64,000 nucleotides of DNA from an uncultured Spirochaetia bacterium (GTDB lineage Bacteria; Oederibacteriota; PGYV01), in contig CAYQIS010000001.1 of the NCBI GenBank assembly GCA_964417645.1, forward strand, positions 104,418 to 168,417, in the 5' to 3' direction. The notes beneath the pieces are model-generated. The model did not search any database, was not told the origin of the DNA, and saw only the letters and a program-made list of their open reading frames with translations. A program made the translations under genes and the position numbers. Within the stretch, counting starts at the first letter, position 1, and every line of letters starts with the position of its first letter. Shown here in pieces: positions 62,873-64,000 of this stretch.

Positions 62873-63196
62873 TTACTCATCCACCATTATAAAAACCGTT
62901 TCCCCCTGCCTTACCAGATTCAGCCTTTCCCTTGCGAACTTTTCAATATACTGCCTGTCATTGACAAAATTATTTATCTTTGCCTGTATTTTTGCATTTT
63001 CTTCTTTCAAATTTTCTATTTCTTCGGCTATTGATTTCTTTTGATAATTCAAAGAAACAAATTTTATTATATTTTTTATCATGCCAATTGTAAAACCCGC
63101 CAGCATTATAACAAGTATTATATTTATTCCCTTTTTTCCTTTTTGGATTACGGAATGCCTTACTCTGAACAACGGCATTATTTTTTTGTCTCCCAT
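62873..63196 (-). CDS. septum-formation initiator family protein (FtsB/DivIC-like)
   Basis: N-terminal TM helix (INIILVIMLAGFTIGMI), a coiled coil (…IAEEIENLKEENAKIQAKINNFVNDRQYIEKFARERL…) and a C-terminal …GETVFIM… 107 aa. Confidence 0.6.
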   Translation of the reverse strand: MGDKKIMPLFRVRHSVIQKGKKGINIILVIMLAGFTIGMIKNIIKFVSLNYQKKSIAEEIENLKEENAKIQAKINNFVNDRQYIEKFARERLNLVRQGETVFIMVDE

Positions 63197-64000
63197 GGCT
63201 TAAAGAAATTTGAAATTCCTCTGTTTTCCCATATTTCAGACAGGTCAGGCATAACTCCGTGTTTTTCATAAACCAAAACAGCCGCATTTACCTGCACAAC
63301 CATTATCCAACTTATTGTTATAAAAGGCATAAAAAATAAAGGAAAAAGTCCAAGCAGCTGCACAAAAGTTGAAACATGAGCCCCCAAAAAATGTAATCCT
63401 ATATAAAAAACAAGCGTAAGATAGCCAAACATCAAGGTAATAAACAATGAACCAAAAGGCACCGAAAGCAGCATAATAAAGGCTTTTTTATAAGATACAA
63501 ATATTCTTTTTTTATCATCCAAAACAAGAATGGGCAAAACAAATATTTGAGCCATTAAAAACATTAAAAAAAGCCAGATGCCTATTCCTCCGGCAATCCA
63601 TATAAATTGCCCCAAATGCATTAAAGATTTATAAAAATTAATTGCGGCAATTCCCAAAACGACTGCAGTTAAATTAATTATCCCAATAAATATTCCTTTA
63701 ATCCCAAATTCTTTCATACCCCGTATAACAAGCGCAAACACAGTTTCTTCCTGCTCATCGTCTTTTAAAACTCTTATCCAATAATACATATAAGCGGGAG
63801 TTATAAAATGCCAAAGTATTGAAATTAAGGCAATTACTCCAAAAAAAGAAGCATAATCAGCATAAAGCCTGAATTTAAGCATCATTAAAAATATTAAAAG
63901 CAAGGGAACAAAAAGCAGGAAATTTAATGTAATACCCTTAAAAAAATTGTCATACAAAAGCCAAAACGATCTTGTAAGAAGCCTTGCGGAAAAAGGAGGA
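63178..64000 (-). CDS. hypothetical polytopic membrane protein, probably 5'-partial (continues past the window end)
   Basis: At least 8 TM helices. The track start at 63957 is a TTG. The reading frame stays open upstream to position 64000, so the true start may be outside the window. Overlaps the ftsB-like gene by 19 nt. Confidence 0.45.
   Translation of the reverse strand, partial: PPFSARLLTRSFWLLYDNFFKGITLNFLLFVPLLLIFLMMLKFRLYADYASFFGVIALISILWHFITPAYMYYWIRVLKDDEQEETVFALVIRGMKEFGIKGIFIGIINLTAVVLGIAAINFYKSLMHLGQFIWIAGGIGIWLFLMFLMAQIFVLPILVLDDKKRIFVSYKKAFIMLLSVPFGSLFITLMFGYLTLVFYIGLHFLGAHVSTFVQLLGLFPLFFMPFITISWIMVVQVNAAVLVYEKHGVMPDLSEIWENRGISNFFKPWETKK

Overview
This is a 64-kb, AT-rich stretch of bacterial chromosome. 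By eye the GC content is in the mid-to-high 30s percent. Almost all coding is on the minus strand, with about 60 protein genes and four tRNAs.

Housekeeping content:
- the 5' end of valS
- accA
- an AmiC-like amidase
- nrdR
- rpiB
- rsmI
- rpmB
- relA/spoT
- a four-gene OorDABC-type 2-oxoacid:ferredoxin oxidoreductase
- a GH1 beta-glucosidase
- the rpsP-KH-trmD-rplS operon
- tRNA-Thr, tRNA-Phe, tRNA-Leu and initiator tRNA-Met
- rpe and ffh
- Opp-like and sugar ABC transporter genes
- rlmN and mnmG
- an FtsB-like gene

Outer-membrane barrels, type IV pilin-like genes, SpoVS and a GerMN lipoprotein suggest a diderm, probably uncultivated lineage. I cannot assign the phylum from sequence alone.

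Three parts look accessory and are the most interesting:
- A 2,644-aa secreted giant protein. It has 14 propeller-like blades, Ig-like (Big) domains, two tracts of roughly 255 and 285 residues with Thr at every second position (TxT), and a T9SS-type C-terminal sorting domain. Its stop overlaps the start of a PorV-like outer-membrane protein gene.
- A roughly 12-kb island. It holds three GT2 glycosyltransferases, a B12-binding radical SAM enzyme, a Wzx-like flippase, two membrane-anchored NHL propellers and two very large polytopic GT-C-like proteins with Cys4 zinc ribbons (one PMT_2/TIGR03663-like, one DUF2298/Chlor_Arch_YYY-like). I read this as a candidate periplasmic protein- or polysaccharide-glycosylation system.
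- A pilin–HAMP–pilin cassette directly upstream of two Wzy_C+TPR membrane proteins (PglL/TfpO-like O-oligosaccharyltransferase candidates) that flank nrdR.

I found no CRISPR array and no intact mobile element. There is a possible integrase N-terminal remnant beside initiator tRNA-Met. One copy of a tandem PD40-repeat lipoprotein pair carries an in-frame TAA stop.
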